Virus record (IMG/VR): IMGVR_UViG_3300046170_000299
Origin: a virus
Strand: one strand, 5' to 3'
Length of the DNA stretch: 64,000 bases
Part shown: positions 37,490 through 44,872 of the stretch, piece after piece
How positions within the stretch are numbered: position 1 is the stretch's first letter
How the letters are laid out: every line of letters begins with the position of its first letter
Made by a program: the position numbers and the translations under genes
Notes under the pieces: generated by a model
Databases searched by the model: none
What the model was told of the DNA's origin: nothing
The model's input: the letters and a program-made list of their open reading frames with translations, nothing else

Positions 37490-38024
37490 AGTTATTGTGC
37501 AACAAGATACAAAAGAACAACTCATTGAAGCATTAGAACATGTCCTGAATGTCAAGTGTCAGACTGTATACATCCTGAATTCTCAGGGTGTTGAAACAGT
37601 TCGATATCAGTTTACTGTACCACTTGCAAACAAGGATTAATTTGTGGTATAATTAGATGTGAACTCCACTACATTACGACCATGGATAACGAAGAGTTAA
37701 TGAAAGAAATGGAAGTACAAGAACAATTTGAAAGAGAGCATTTTGGTATCATCGATGAATACGATGATGCATATTCAGTGGACATCGATTACACAACACA
37801 ATCATGAGACTTACACCAGACGAATGTGAATACCTGATCCTATGTCTCCATAGGACAACGGAGTTCACTAAAGCTACGCAACGTACTCAACACAATCAAG
37901 TAGAGAGGAAACTTAAAGACTACATTTACAAACTTAAATCATGAATAACTATGCACTTGAAATCGTATTCTGGGTTGTACTCGGATGCTATTTTGTATAC
38001 CTATGGGAGGAACGTCACTCATGA
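37479..38024 (+). CDS. Four microproteins (37479-37640, 37682-37807, 37804-37944, 37941-38024)
   Basis: Hand-read ORFs of 53, 41, 46 and 27 aa; the last three are linked by ATGA overlaps into pyrE. Confidence 0.5.
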
Positions 38025-38599
38025 AAATTAGAACTCAGTTCACAACACCTGAAGATACAAAACATAAGACTACGCTCCTGAATCTTCTGAAGGAACGAGC
38101 ATACCGTAAAGGACAGTATACTCTCTCATCTGGTAAACAGTCAGAGCATTATGTCAATTGTAAACCTGTCACACTCTCATGTGAAGGTAATGCTCTCTTG
38201 TCTCATCTCTTACTACCACTCATTGATCATAATGCTGTAGCTGTTGGTGGTCTCACATTAGGTGCTGATCCTCTTGTCATTGGTATCTCTCAAAAGTCTT
38301 ATTACAAAGGTAATAGACACATTGATGCTCTAATCGTCAGAAAGAACCCTAAGGACTATGGTACACAAGAAGTCATCGAAGGTCACAAACCACCCGAAGG
38401 ATCGGTCATCACTGTATTGGAAGATGTTACCACAACAGGTGCATCTGCTTTAATCGCAGTGAATACACTCAGACAAGCAGGTTACATTGTAAATAGAGTC
38501 GTAACTATCATTGATCGAATGGATGATCATAAGATATGGGATGATAATAACATTGAATTTAAATCATTGTATCATCTGAATGACCTCATATCAGTTTAA
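38021..38599 (+). CDS. pyrE: Orotate phosphoribosyltransferase
   Basis: LSSGKQS.HYVNCK, GLTLGADP, RK..KDYGT loop, VLEDVTTTGAS PRPP-binding motif. Confidence 0.92.
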   Translation: MKIRTQFTTPEDTKHKTTLLNLLKERAYRKGQYTLSSGKQSEHYVNCKPVTLSCEGNALLSHLLLPLIDHNAVAVGGLTLGADPLVIGISQKSYYKGNRHIDALIVRKNPKDYGTQEVIEGHKPPEGSVITVLEDVTTTGASALIAVNTLRQAGYIVNRVVTIIDRMDDHKIWDDNNIEFKSLYHLNDLISV

Positions 38600-38765
38600 T
38601 AGCAGACCTAGATCACCAACACATTTACTCTTACTCATATCAGAACTTGAAGGGTCATATCAACACCTCAAGTACATGGGATATGAAGAAGACATGAATA
38701 CATTAAATGAAATCAAACAACGTTACTACAAGGAATACTTCAAAGCGAAAAAGAATGTCAACTGA
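38580..38765 (+). CDS. Hypothetical protein
   Basis: 61-aa ORF-track ORF in the gene run. Confidence 0.5.
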   Translation: MTSYQFNSRPRSPTHLLLLISELEGSYQHLKYMGYEEDMNTLNEIKQRYYKEYFKAKKNVN

Positions 38766-38861
38766 ACAACTACTACGTATCTACATGAATGCTAAACGTA
38801 TAGCTGTTAAGGATAAACAACCACGTCCAGTACGTACTCATTACAATGCTCACTCATTCGG

Positions 38862-39071
38862 ATGACTCCTACAATTAAACAATCAGATTGGTTTACTAAT
38901 ACATCAGATAAACCATACGATAGACACTTCTACATTGCTAACTATCCTGATGATAGGTCCTATGCATTTGAAGACTATGATCATCTTAGAGCACATTGGT
39001 TTCAACAAGCAGATACACATGATGCTACTGTCACTGTCATGGACATACAACAATCTAAGGGATTCAAATAA
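38862..39071 (+). CDS. Hypothetical protein
   Basis: 69 aa; TAATG-coupled to the oxygenase. Confidence 0.55.
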   Translation: MTPTIKQSDWFTNTSDKPYDRHFYIANYPDDRSYAFEDYDHLRAHWFQQADTHDATVTVMDIQQSKGFK

Positions 39072-39643
39072 TGTATAATATCATCCCCCTATTCCCTACA
39101 CTTGTCTATCATACTCACATCAACAATAACATTGATGCACTCATAGACTATTGTTATGAACATAAAAGAAAGGATGAAATAGGATCAACATACGAACAAC
39201 GATCAGGTGTTAACTCATACCAATCATTACATCTGAATACAACATTACTACAACCAGTAAGAGATAAGGTAGATGAAATACTACGTGAGGTATACACTCA
39301 ACCAACCTATCATAAATCCAATTGGATTAACATTAACCCAACAGGATCAAGAAACGTACAACATACACATCCTGGTGGAGACTACTCAGCAGTATACTAT
39401 CTGAAGAATACAGATAAGACTGGTATTGTGTTTATTAATCCAGTCGCTCATACCTCATATAACATTACCACATACACTAACCCTAAGCTAGTAGATGATA
39501 CAAGAGCATCACCACAGTTTAGAATTGAACCAGCTCAAGGTGATCTATTATTGTTCCCATCATACTTACCACATTGGGTAGAAGAAAACAAGGGAACAGA
39601 CGATAGAATTAGCATATCATGGAACATTAATGTGGTAATCTGA
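39071..39643 (+). CDS. 2OG-Fe(II) oxygenase
   Basis: WININ...QHTHP...SAVYY...LFPSYLPHWV......RISISWN. Confidence 0.85.
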   Translation: MYNIIPLFPTLVYHTHINNNIDALIDYCYEHKRKDEIGSTYEQRSGVNSYQSLHLNTTLLQPVRDKVDEILREVYTQPTYHKSNWININPTGSRNVQHTHPGGDYSAVYYLKNTDKTGIVFINPVAHTSYNITTYTNPKLVDDTRASPQFRIEPAQGDLLLFPSYLPHWVEENKGTDDRISISWNINVVI

Positions 39644-39964
39644 TGCAATAGAACTGAAAATGGAAACACCCATTGCTATTGATTCTCAACAAGGTTTTCA
39701 GAGGTGCTTGCGCGTCAGTCATACCAAGGGTTCTCAATAAGACTTCTTATTGATAATCAATAATTAATAAATGGTTAATTAAATGGGGTGTAGGTACTGT
39801 GAAGATACTGTGAAGGTACTCTGGAGACGCTAGCTTAGCCTACTACCTACCGAAAGTCAAGGAGAAGTGTGCCAGTTCTTTTAGTGGCACAATAACCCTC
39901 AGAAACACTTGCAAATCCCTCAGCGGTCTGTTATAATAACAGTATGGTTCTCCAAAAGACTCGG

Positions 39965-40035
39965 AAACTCAGTTTTTTGACTTTTTGAGTTTTTTGGGAA
40001 TCTCACTTTTCTTAAAAAGTCAAAAAACTGAGTTT
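39965..40035. repeat. Perfect 22-bp inverted repeat (25 bp with one G-T)
   Basis: AAACTCAGTTTTTTGACTTTTT (39965-39986) and AAAAAGTCAAAAAACTGAGTTT (40014-40035). Confidence 0.95.
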
Positions 40036-40064
40036 TTAAGATTTTTATAAAATTAAACTTTAAG

Positions 40065-40301
40065 ATGTTTGTGAAAACTTACGAAAACCTTGATAGTTCA
40101 GCTATTAATACACTGAAAGTAGATAAAAGTGTAGTATATGTTACATATCAGAGTAATATTGACAAAACTTATGAATTTAGCTGTGAGAATACAGTAGATT
40201 TCAATGAATTAGTGTCAAATACTCTCAATAATAAAGAATCTATTGGTAAACTAGTTAATAGTAGTATTAAAGAAGGTAAACTAGTTGATATCACTAAATA
40301 A
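40065..40301 (+). CDS. KTSC-like domain protein
   Basis: SSAI..L......V.Y.S....Y.F........L......SIGK..N..IK pattern. Confidence 0.5.
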   Translation: MFVKTYENLDSSAINTLKVDKSVVYVTYQSNIDKTYEFSCENTVDFNELVSNTLNNKESIGKLVNSSIKEGKLVDITK

Positions 40302-40337
40302 ATCACGTATTTGCGGTATAACAACCAATTCTAATCA

Positions 40338-40493
40338 ATGGGCAAGCGTCATCAAGGCGACAAGACTAAGTACAATTTAATAAATGATGATTTTGAAGAC
40401 TTTGGATATGATGTAAAGAATATTAGGAGATCACATAAGAAAAAGGTAGCAAAATTTAAACGAGAAGTCAATGAGTATGATGACAGTTTCTAA
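40338..40493 (+). CDS. Small basic hypothetical protein (51 aa)
   Basis: Hand-read ORF behind TAAATA at 40295; stop falls in the 40480 dyad. Confidence 0.55.
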   Translation: MGKRHQGDKTKYNLINDDFEDFGYDVKNIRRSHKKKVAKFKREVNEYDDSF

Positions 40494-40558
40494 ACTGTCT
40501 ACTATTGCTCCCATTTCTAACCCGATCGTGTATGATGTATACATGTTCGGGTTTTTTT

Positions 40559-40723
40559 ATGGATTCAATTGATTTTCTCACTGTTGTTTATGAAGACTAT
40601 TGCACTAAGCATAGTTTACCATATGTCTCAGCAGATGAGCAGGACACAGAGGACATGGATCAGAAACATGTTGAATGGTTAACATCGTTTAATCAAATGT
40701 GGGAACTAAGTATCAACAACTAG
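40559..40723 (+). CDS. Early hypothetical protein
   Basis: MDSIDFLTVVYEDYC...; downstream of a cassette promoter (TATGAT 40531). Confidence 0.55.
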   Translation: MDSIDFLTVVYEDYCTKHSLPYVSADEQDTEDMDQKHVEWLTSFNQMWELSINN

Positions 40724-40797
40724 TCAGCTGACCTGACCAGTTGACTAAGTGTCCACTAGTGGCACCACACCTACTCATCATCCCTTATAATAAACAC

Positions 40798-41061
40798 ATG
40801 CACAACTTCACAGACTTCATCGACTATGTTTTCTCATTTTATGGGGACGGCGGTCTCTACGATCAGAAACGCACAAAGGAGCAGATTGCCTTTGCCCTTT
40901 TTACTTATCTTGACGAGTGTAACGACTCTATGTCATGGGGTGACGGTGACAGTTTAGACCGTGAGAGGGTCAGGGATTACATGAACGACATTTATGGTCC
41001 AGTGCCCGTGATCGCTCATCCCCATCATTTCACAGATGGCGTCAAAATCCTTAGCTGCTAA
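40798..41061 (+). CDS. Early hypothetical protein (leaderless start)
   Basis: FYG.GG.Y...GDS.DRE.VR motif; ATG 6 nt after TATAAT. Confidence 0.65.
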   Translation: MHNFTDFIDYVFSFYGDGGLYDQKRTKEQIAFALFTYLDECNDSMSWGDGDSLDRERVRDYMNDIYGPVPVIAHPHHFTDGVKILSC

Positions 41062-41123
41062 ACCAGTTCGACTAGTGGCACACATGGGGTCGCAATGGTC
41101 ACCCCATGCCCTATAATAAAGAC

Positions 41124-41321
41124 ATGAACAAAACAACTTACTACGTTGCCTGTCCTGCACTGGGCGAAAGCGAGACCACATCCGATCTCGACAAAGCGAT
41201 GGACCTTTGCTATTCCATGCATGACGAGTCCGATTCCTATGCTTACATCCGAGATTCACTAGGTGAGATCGTCGGTGAGTATGGTGACATCATGGAAGCA
41301 GTTGAGCAAGGGATCATCTGA
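41124..41321 (+). CDS. Early hypothetical protein (leaderless start)
   Basis: YYVACPALGE.E.......A.DLC.S.H.E....Y; ATG 6 nt after TATAAT. Confidence 0.65.
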   Translation: MNKTTYYVACPALGESETTSDLDKAMDLCYSMHDESDSYAYIRDSLGEIVGEYGDIMEAVEQGII

Positions 41322-41401
41322 CCAGTTGACAAACTGTCACTCATCCTATTGCATAGGGTGGGCGGCTGACCTATTATTATTACATACATCACACACATCA
41401 C

Positions 41402-41581
41402 ATGTCAACTTTACATCACGAAAATTTATTTGAATCATGCTTTGACCAGGCATGGGAGAATTTCAGGGTCCATAACAAGTTAACCGAAGACGAATTAAAT
41501 TGGTTAACCAACAACACCAGAGGAACGATAGACGCAATAGAGAGACAGGCACAAAGACTCTTCGATAGCTTGTGCCAATAA
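41402..41581 (+). CDS. Early hypothetical protein (59 aa, not in ORF track)
   Basis: MSTLHHENLFESCFDQAWE...; own cassette promoter; stop inside the next dyad. Confidence 0.65.
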   Translation: MSTLHHENLFESCFDQAWENFRVHNKLTEDELNWLTNNTRGTIDAIERQAQRLFDSLCQ

Positions 41582-41658
41582 TCAAAGTGGCACGGGGTGG
41601 GTTGCAAGGTCCACCCGATGCCCTATAATAAGAACATACCAAACAACACACATCACAC

Positions 41659-41970
41659 ATGCGCCAAATCGAATCTCAAATGAACAACGCAATCAGAACA
41701 AAGTCTGATTTCTGCAAAGCAAACACCATGGTAAGGATCGAGGACGGTTATGCCTTTGTCTACCTACACGGGAACCACATCGCAACGATTGCAGATGATG
41801 GCGCTTTGACTCTCTTTGATGGCGGTTGGCAGTCTAACACCACAAAGAGCAGACTCAACGCACTCTGTGACGAGTTCGCCAGAGGTTGCGGCGTATTCCA
41901 GAAGAACTGGGAATGGTTCGTCTCGACTCGCTCAGGTACAATTGATTTCGCCAACGGGGTGACAGTCTGA
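41659..41970 (+). CDS. Conserved early hypothetical protein
   Basis: VYLHGNHIA...DGGWQSNTTKSRLNAL motif. Confidence 0.7.
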   Translation: MRQIESQMNNAIRTKSDFCKANTMVRIEDGYAFVYLHGNHIATIADDGALTLFDGGWQSNTTKSRLNALCDEFARGCGVFQKNWEWFVSTRSGTIDFANGVTV

Positions 41971-42043
41971 GTAGTGGCACAGGAGGGGTACACAAGTCCC
42001 CTCGCTGCCCTATAATAAGAACATACATCACACAGCACACATC

Positions 42044-42349
42044 ATGAAAAGAATTGAAATCGCAATGGGTCGCAACATTCCAGACAGCGGCACCGTGTCC
42101 GATGCAATGATGAACGAGTTCATTAAGTCTGACATCATGCCCCTTTTTGACTATGGGACGTTCATCGACGGCGAGGGGTTCTGGAAAGGTGAATTTGAAA
42201 AGACCAAAATCTTTTACATCGAACTGGAGGACAGAGAGGTTCAGGCAATGATGCCAAAGTTTGAGCAGATCGCTGCAGCATACAAAAAAGCATTCAGGCA
42301 GGATGCAGTCATGATTTCACAAGTCCAAACCGAGTACGCCTTCACATGA
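42044..42349 (+). CDS. DUF3574-like / putative SAM lyase
   Basis: G.NIP..G.VS...F....I.P.F...T..D..G.WKG..E.TK...IA..YK..F.QDAV pattern. Confidence 0.55.
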   Translation: MKRIEIAMGRNIPDSGTVSDAMMNEFIKSDIMPLFDYGTFIDGEGFWKGEFEKTKIFYIELEDREVQAMMPKFEQIAAAYKKAFRQDAVMISQVQTEYAFT

Positions 42350-42513
42350 CAACCAGGCAACTGAAGAAGATAGCTAAGGTCCACGGATGGACCTTAGAAC
42401 GTCATGGCGGTAATCATTTTGTTTACCGTCGCGGTCCCGATCGGGTGACCGTCCCATATGCCGCCCGTGGGTTCGTAGGGCACAACATCGCAAAACAACT
42501 CCTCAAGACATGA
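42346..42513 (+). CDS. hicA: HicA-like mRNA interferase (55 aa, not in ORF track)
   Basis: MTTRQLKKIAKVHGWTLERHGGNHFVYRRGPDRVTVPYAARGFVGHNIAKQL matches HicA (GW.L.R..G[SN]H..Y.....VTVP...I.KQ). Confidence 0.65.
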   Translation: MTTRQLKKIAKVHGWTLERHGGNHFVYRRGPDRVTVPYAARGFVGHNIAKQLLKT

Positions 42514-42636
42514 GCCACTATTCTATGCCGTATCTCCCCTCGGTTGGATCTATTGCGCCAGCTCGGGAACTGTCACTTGCCATGGCCACAGCTCGTGGTC
42601 TAGCCGCTATAATTAGAACAACAACAAACAAAACAC

Positions 42637-42858
42637 ATGCAAACGACTTGGGCAGTTCAGCCAGCATCATTCGCAAACTTCGATGAGCACGGCTGCATCT
42701 ATTGCGCCACCATCGACACAGCGTACAAAATCGCATCTCAGCAAAGGGGTGATCAAATGATCTACCGCATCAACAACAACACGACCCCCATCAAATGGGT
42801 CAGGGTATATGAGGGAGAAGCAGCTGTGACAGCTCAGGATCTGTCCCACCTCGTATAG
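42637..42858 (+). CDS. Early hypothetical protein
   Basis: 73 aa with its own cassette promoter. Confidence 0.6.
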   Translation: MQTTWAVQPASFANFDEHGCIYCATIDTAYKIASQQRGDQMIYRINNNTTPIKWVRVYEGEAAVTAQDLSHLV

Positions 42859-42889
42859 ACTTCGCCCCGTCATCCCCTATAATAAAGAC

Positions 42890-43087
42890 ATGACAAACAA
42901 ACTCACCAAATCATCAGACGGCATGTTCTTCCACAACGAGAACCCCTCCCCTCTCATGCAAAAGGTCATGGACAACATCCGCCAACAGATGGCAGCAGAG
43001 CAGACACACCGTGAAAGGGTAAGAGCAGGACTCGAACCTGCCAACGGTGGACAGATCACGTACTGGAACATCAGCGATCGCCACTGA
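42890..43087 (+). CDS. Early hypothetical protein (leaderless start)
   Basis: 65 aa; ATG 6 nt after TATAAT. Confidence 0.6.
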   Translation: MTNKLTKSSDGMFFHNENPSPLMQKVMDNIRQQMAAEQTHRERVRAGLEPANGGQITYWNISDRH

Positions 43088-43130
43088 CCCCAGCACCCTC
43101 TATAATAAAGACATCAACCACACATCACAC

Positions 43131-43376
43131 ATGACCACAGCAACTGACACCACTTACAACGGATGGGCGAACTACGAGACATGGAACGTCGCCCTATGGA
43201 TAGGCAATGACGAGACCATCTACCGTCACGCTCGCATCAACCGCAACCTAGGATACAGACGCTGGGCAAAGCGATTCATCGATGAGTTCGGTGAGTACAT
43301 CACAGGCGACGGCGTGGCATGGTTGCACGACGACATCGACACAGACGAGATGGACGAAATGCTGGAAGAACTCTAG
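43131..43376 (+). CDS. Conserved early hypothetical protein (YNGWxNYETWNVALW family)
   Basis: Recognisable phage family motif; TATAAT at 43101 and A/C-rich leader. Confidence 0.7.
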   Translation: MTTATDTTYNGWANYETWNVALWIGNDETIYRHARINRNLGYRRWAKRFIDEFGEYITGDGVAWLHDDIDTDEMDEMLEEL

Positions 43377-43463
43377 GGCACACGCCCTAGGCAGGGCACG
43401 GGTTGCGTTCAATCGCATTTAAGTCGAACCTCCGTAAGACCTAGGGCATGTGTGATAACAGAC

Positions 43464-43491
43464 AGGGGGGCAGTGATGCGCCCCCTTTTTT
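43464..43491 (+). terminator. Rho-independent terminator closing the early cassette array
   Basis: AGGGGGC-agtgatgc-GCCCCCT plus T run. Confidence 0.85.
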
Positions 43492-43612
43492 ATGCCCTTA
43501 TATGCGCCAAGCGGTTTCCAAAATCCATGGGTCCCTCCTAACCTACAAAAGTATCCAGACGAGCGATAAATATATTTGAAAGGTCGTTTTAAAAAAATTC
43601 CCCCAGAAAAAA

Positions 43613-43861
43613 ATGCCCCAAAAAGTCGATTATAGTGATTACGATAAAATTCTAGAGAACTTTGACGAGTTCTGCGACGAGTTTGAGTCGAGAGCATCCA
43701 ATTCATTCATGAGAGGTGATAACAATGAAGGACGAGTTAATGGAGAGGTTGAACGAGTTGGAGAGGACGTGCCTGTGGCAGTCCGAGAGGTTAAACAGCT
43801 TGGAGCAGAGGATCTCGCAGCTAGAGAATCCGTCGTTGATGTACAAGCGACCAACGGGTGA
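43613..43861 (+). CDS. Acidic hypothetical protein (late)
   Basis: 82 aa behind ATAAATA (43566). Confidence 0.5.
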   Translation: MPQKVDYSDYDKILENFDEFCDEFESRASNSFMRGDNNEGRVNGEVERVGEDVPVAVREVKQLGAEDLAARESVVDVQATNG

Positions 43862-43955
43862 GGATTACGAGACTGTTGCACAGACACTCGATTATCTACA
43901 CAATAATGTCGAAGGACTCAAAGGGGATCTACTCAAGATAGCAAAAGCAGTCTAA
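43725..43955 (+). CDS. Coiled-coil hypothetical protein
   Basis: GAGAGG RBS; heptad pattern; TAATG-coupled to the next gene. Confidence 0.6.
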   Translation: MKDELMERLNELERTCLWQSERLNSLEQRISQLENPSLMYKRPTGEDYETVAQTLDYLHNNVEGLKGDLLKIAKAV

Positions 43956-44872
43956 TGCCGATTATCGAGAACAATGCAATAACAGTAGGTCCATGGCCAT
44001 TGCCGATGACTTTGTTGCGTTCTGATGTTTTAGCAAATATCACAACACCTGGTGTAGGTGCGTATGAGTTACGTCCGCTACCCTTTGAGAATATGGGAGA
44101 GGCAATCCTAGAAGGTGATATTTCAGGACTGAATGATTATGTTGCACCTTATCAGGTATTCAAAGTCACTGTAACAGTCCTACCAGATGGCGACGAGACG
44201 ATTCTAAGCGTTGCTTTCGATCCTACGGTAGGTGGACTACCATTACCAGTTACGACACCCTTTGCAGCGATTGTAGAGGAACCGAATCCTCAGACATTAC
44301 CAAATAGGACAGGATCAGATAGACCACAGGTTATCACACCCAGTGCATTGTGGAGTCCTCCAGCAGTGAGTGAAGCAACTATTCAAAGTCTTGGAGGCAC
44401 TAATACTGCCACGTTAGCTGGGTTTTATACTGAGAAAGCATTTTATGATCGTAGATGGATTCTGAAGTACCCCGATGGTGTTGCAAGGATAGGATATGAT
44501 GGTATCAGGTTTTTGCGTACTGCGGATATCCCTCAGGGTGTGGCATTAGAACCAGAGTTATTTGATGCTGCTCCTGTGATACCGAGTCCTATCACACCAT
44601 TGAATTGGTATCCTGCGACTAAGGCAGACGCCGAGATTTTAGATTCACCTTTGATGGCAGGATACTTATCAACATGTGAGGGGATAGTATCTTATAAAGC
44701 GAGTGAGATTCGTAAGCTACGTTTCTTTTATAATATTATTATTGTAACTGATAAGGGTGTATCGTTTAGACCTGTGTTTATGACAGTACAGAATCAGATG
44801 AGGTGGGCGAAGAGTCGATTACAGTATGCACTAAATATCCCTAAAACGCCGACCAATTTTCTTTCAGTATGA
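43955..44872 (+). CDS. Hypothetical structural protein
   Basis: 305 aa, Pro-rich, coupled to the PAAR gene. Confidence 0.6.
   Translation: MPIIENNAITVGPWPLPMTLLRSDVLANITTPGVGAYELRPLPFENMGEAILEGDISGLNDYVAPYQVFKVTVTVLPDGDETILSVAFDPTVGGLPLPVTTPFAAIVEEPNPQTLPNRTGSDRPQVITPSALWSPPAVSEATIQSLGGTNTATLAGFYTEKAFYDRRWILKYPDGVARIGYDGIRFLRTADIPQGVALEPELFDAAPVIPSPITPLNWYPATKADAEILDSPLMAGYLSTCEGIVSYKASEIRKLRFFYNIIIVTDKGVSFRPVFMTVQNQMRWAKSRLQYALNIPKTPTNFLSV

Larger units (their letters stand above)
33600..43106 (+). repeat. Dispersed early-promoter cassettes: dyad GTG(A/C)CAGTT-N4/5-A(A)(C/G)TG(G/T)CAC plus -10 box
   Basis: Copies at about 33600, 34327, 39869, 40480, 40734, 41061, 41319, 41572, 41959, 42555, 42826 and 43047 (half-site at about 3930), each followed by TATAAT/TATACT/TATTAT/TATGAT. 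Confidence 0.85.

Noticed and set aside
42510-42686. ORF MSHYSMPYLPSVGSIAPARELSLAMA..., ATGA-coupled to the HicA-like gene, with P-x-L-P-x9-E-x2-L-x2-A spacing like the HicB N-terminus
   Set aside because: It runs through a promoter cassette, lacks the first beta strand and the conserved G-x-T of HicB; probably coincidental, but worth an HMM check.
33600-43110. Repeat-spacer appearance resembling a CRISPR array
   Set aside because: Repeats are degenerate promoter dyads separated by whole genes of variable length; no cas genes.
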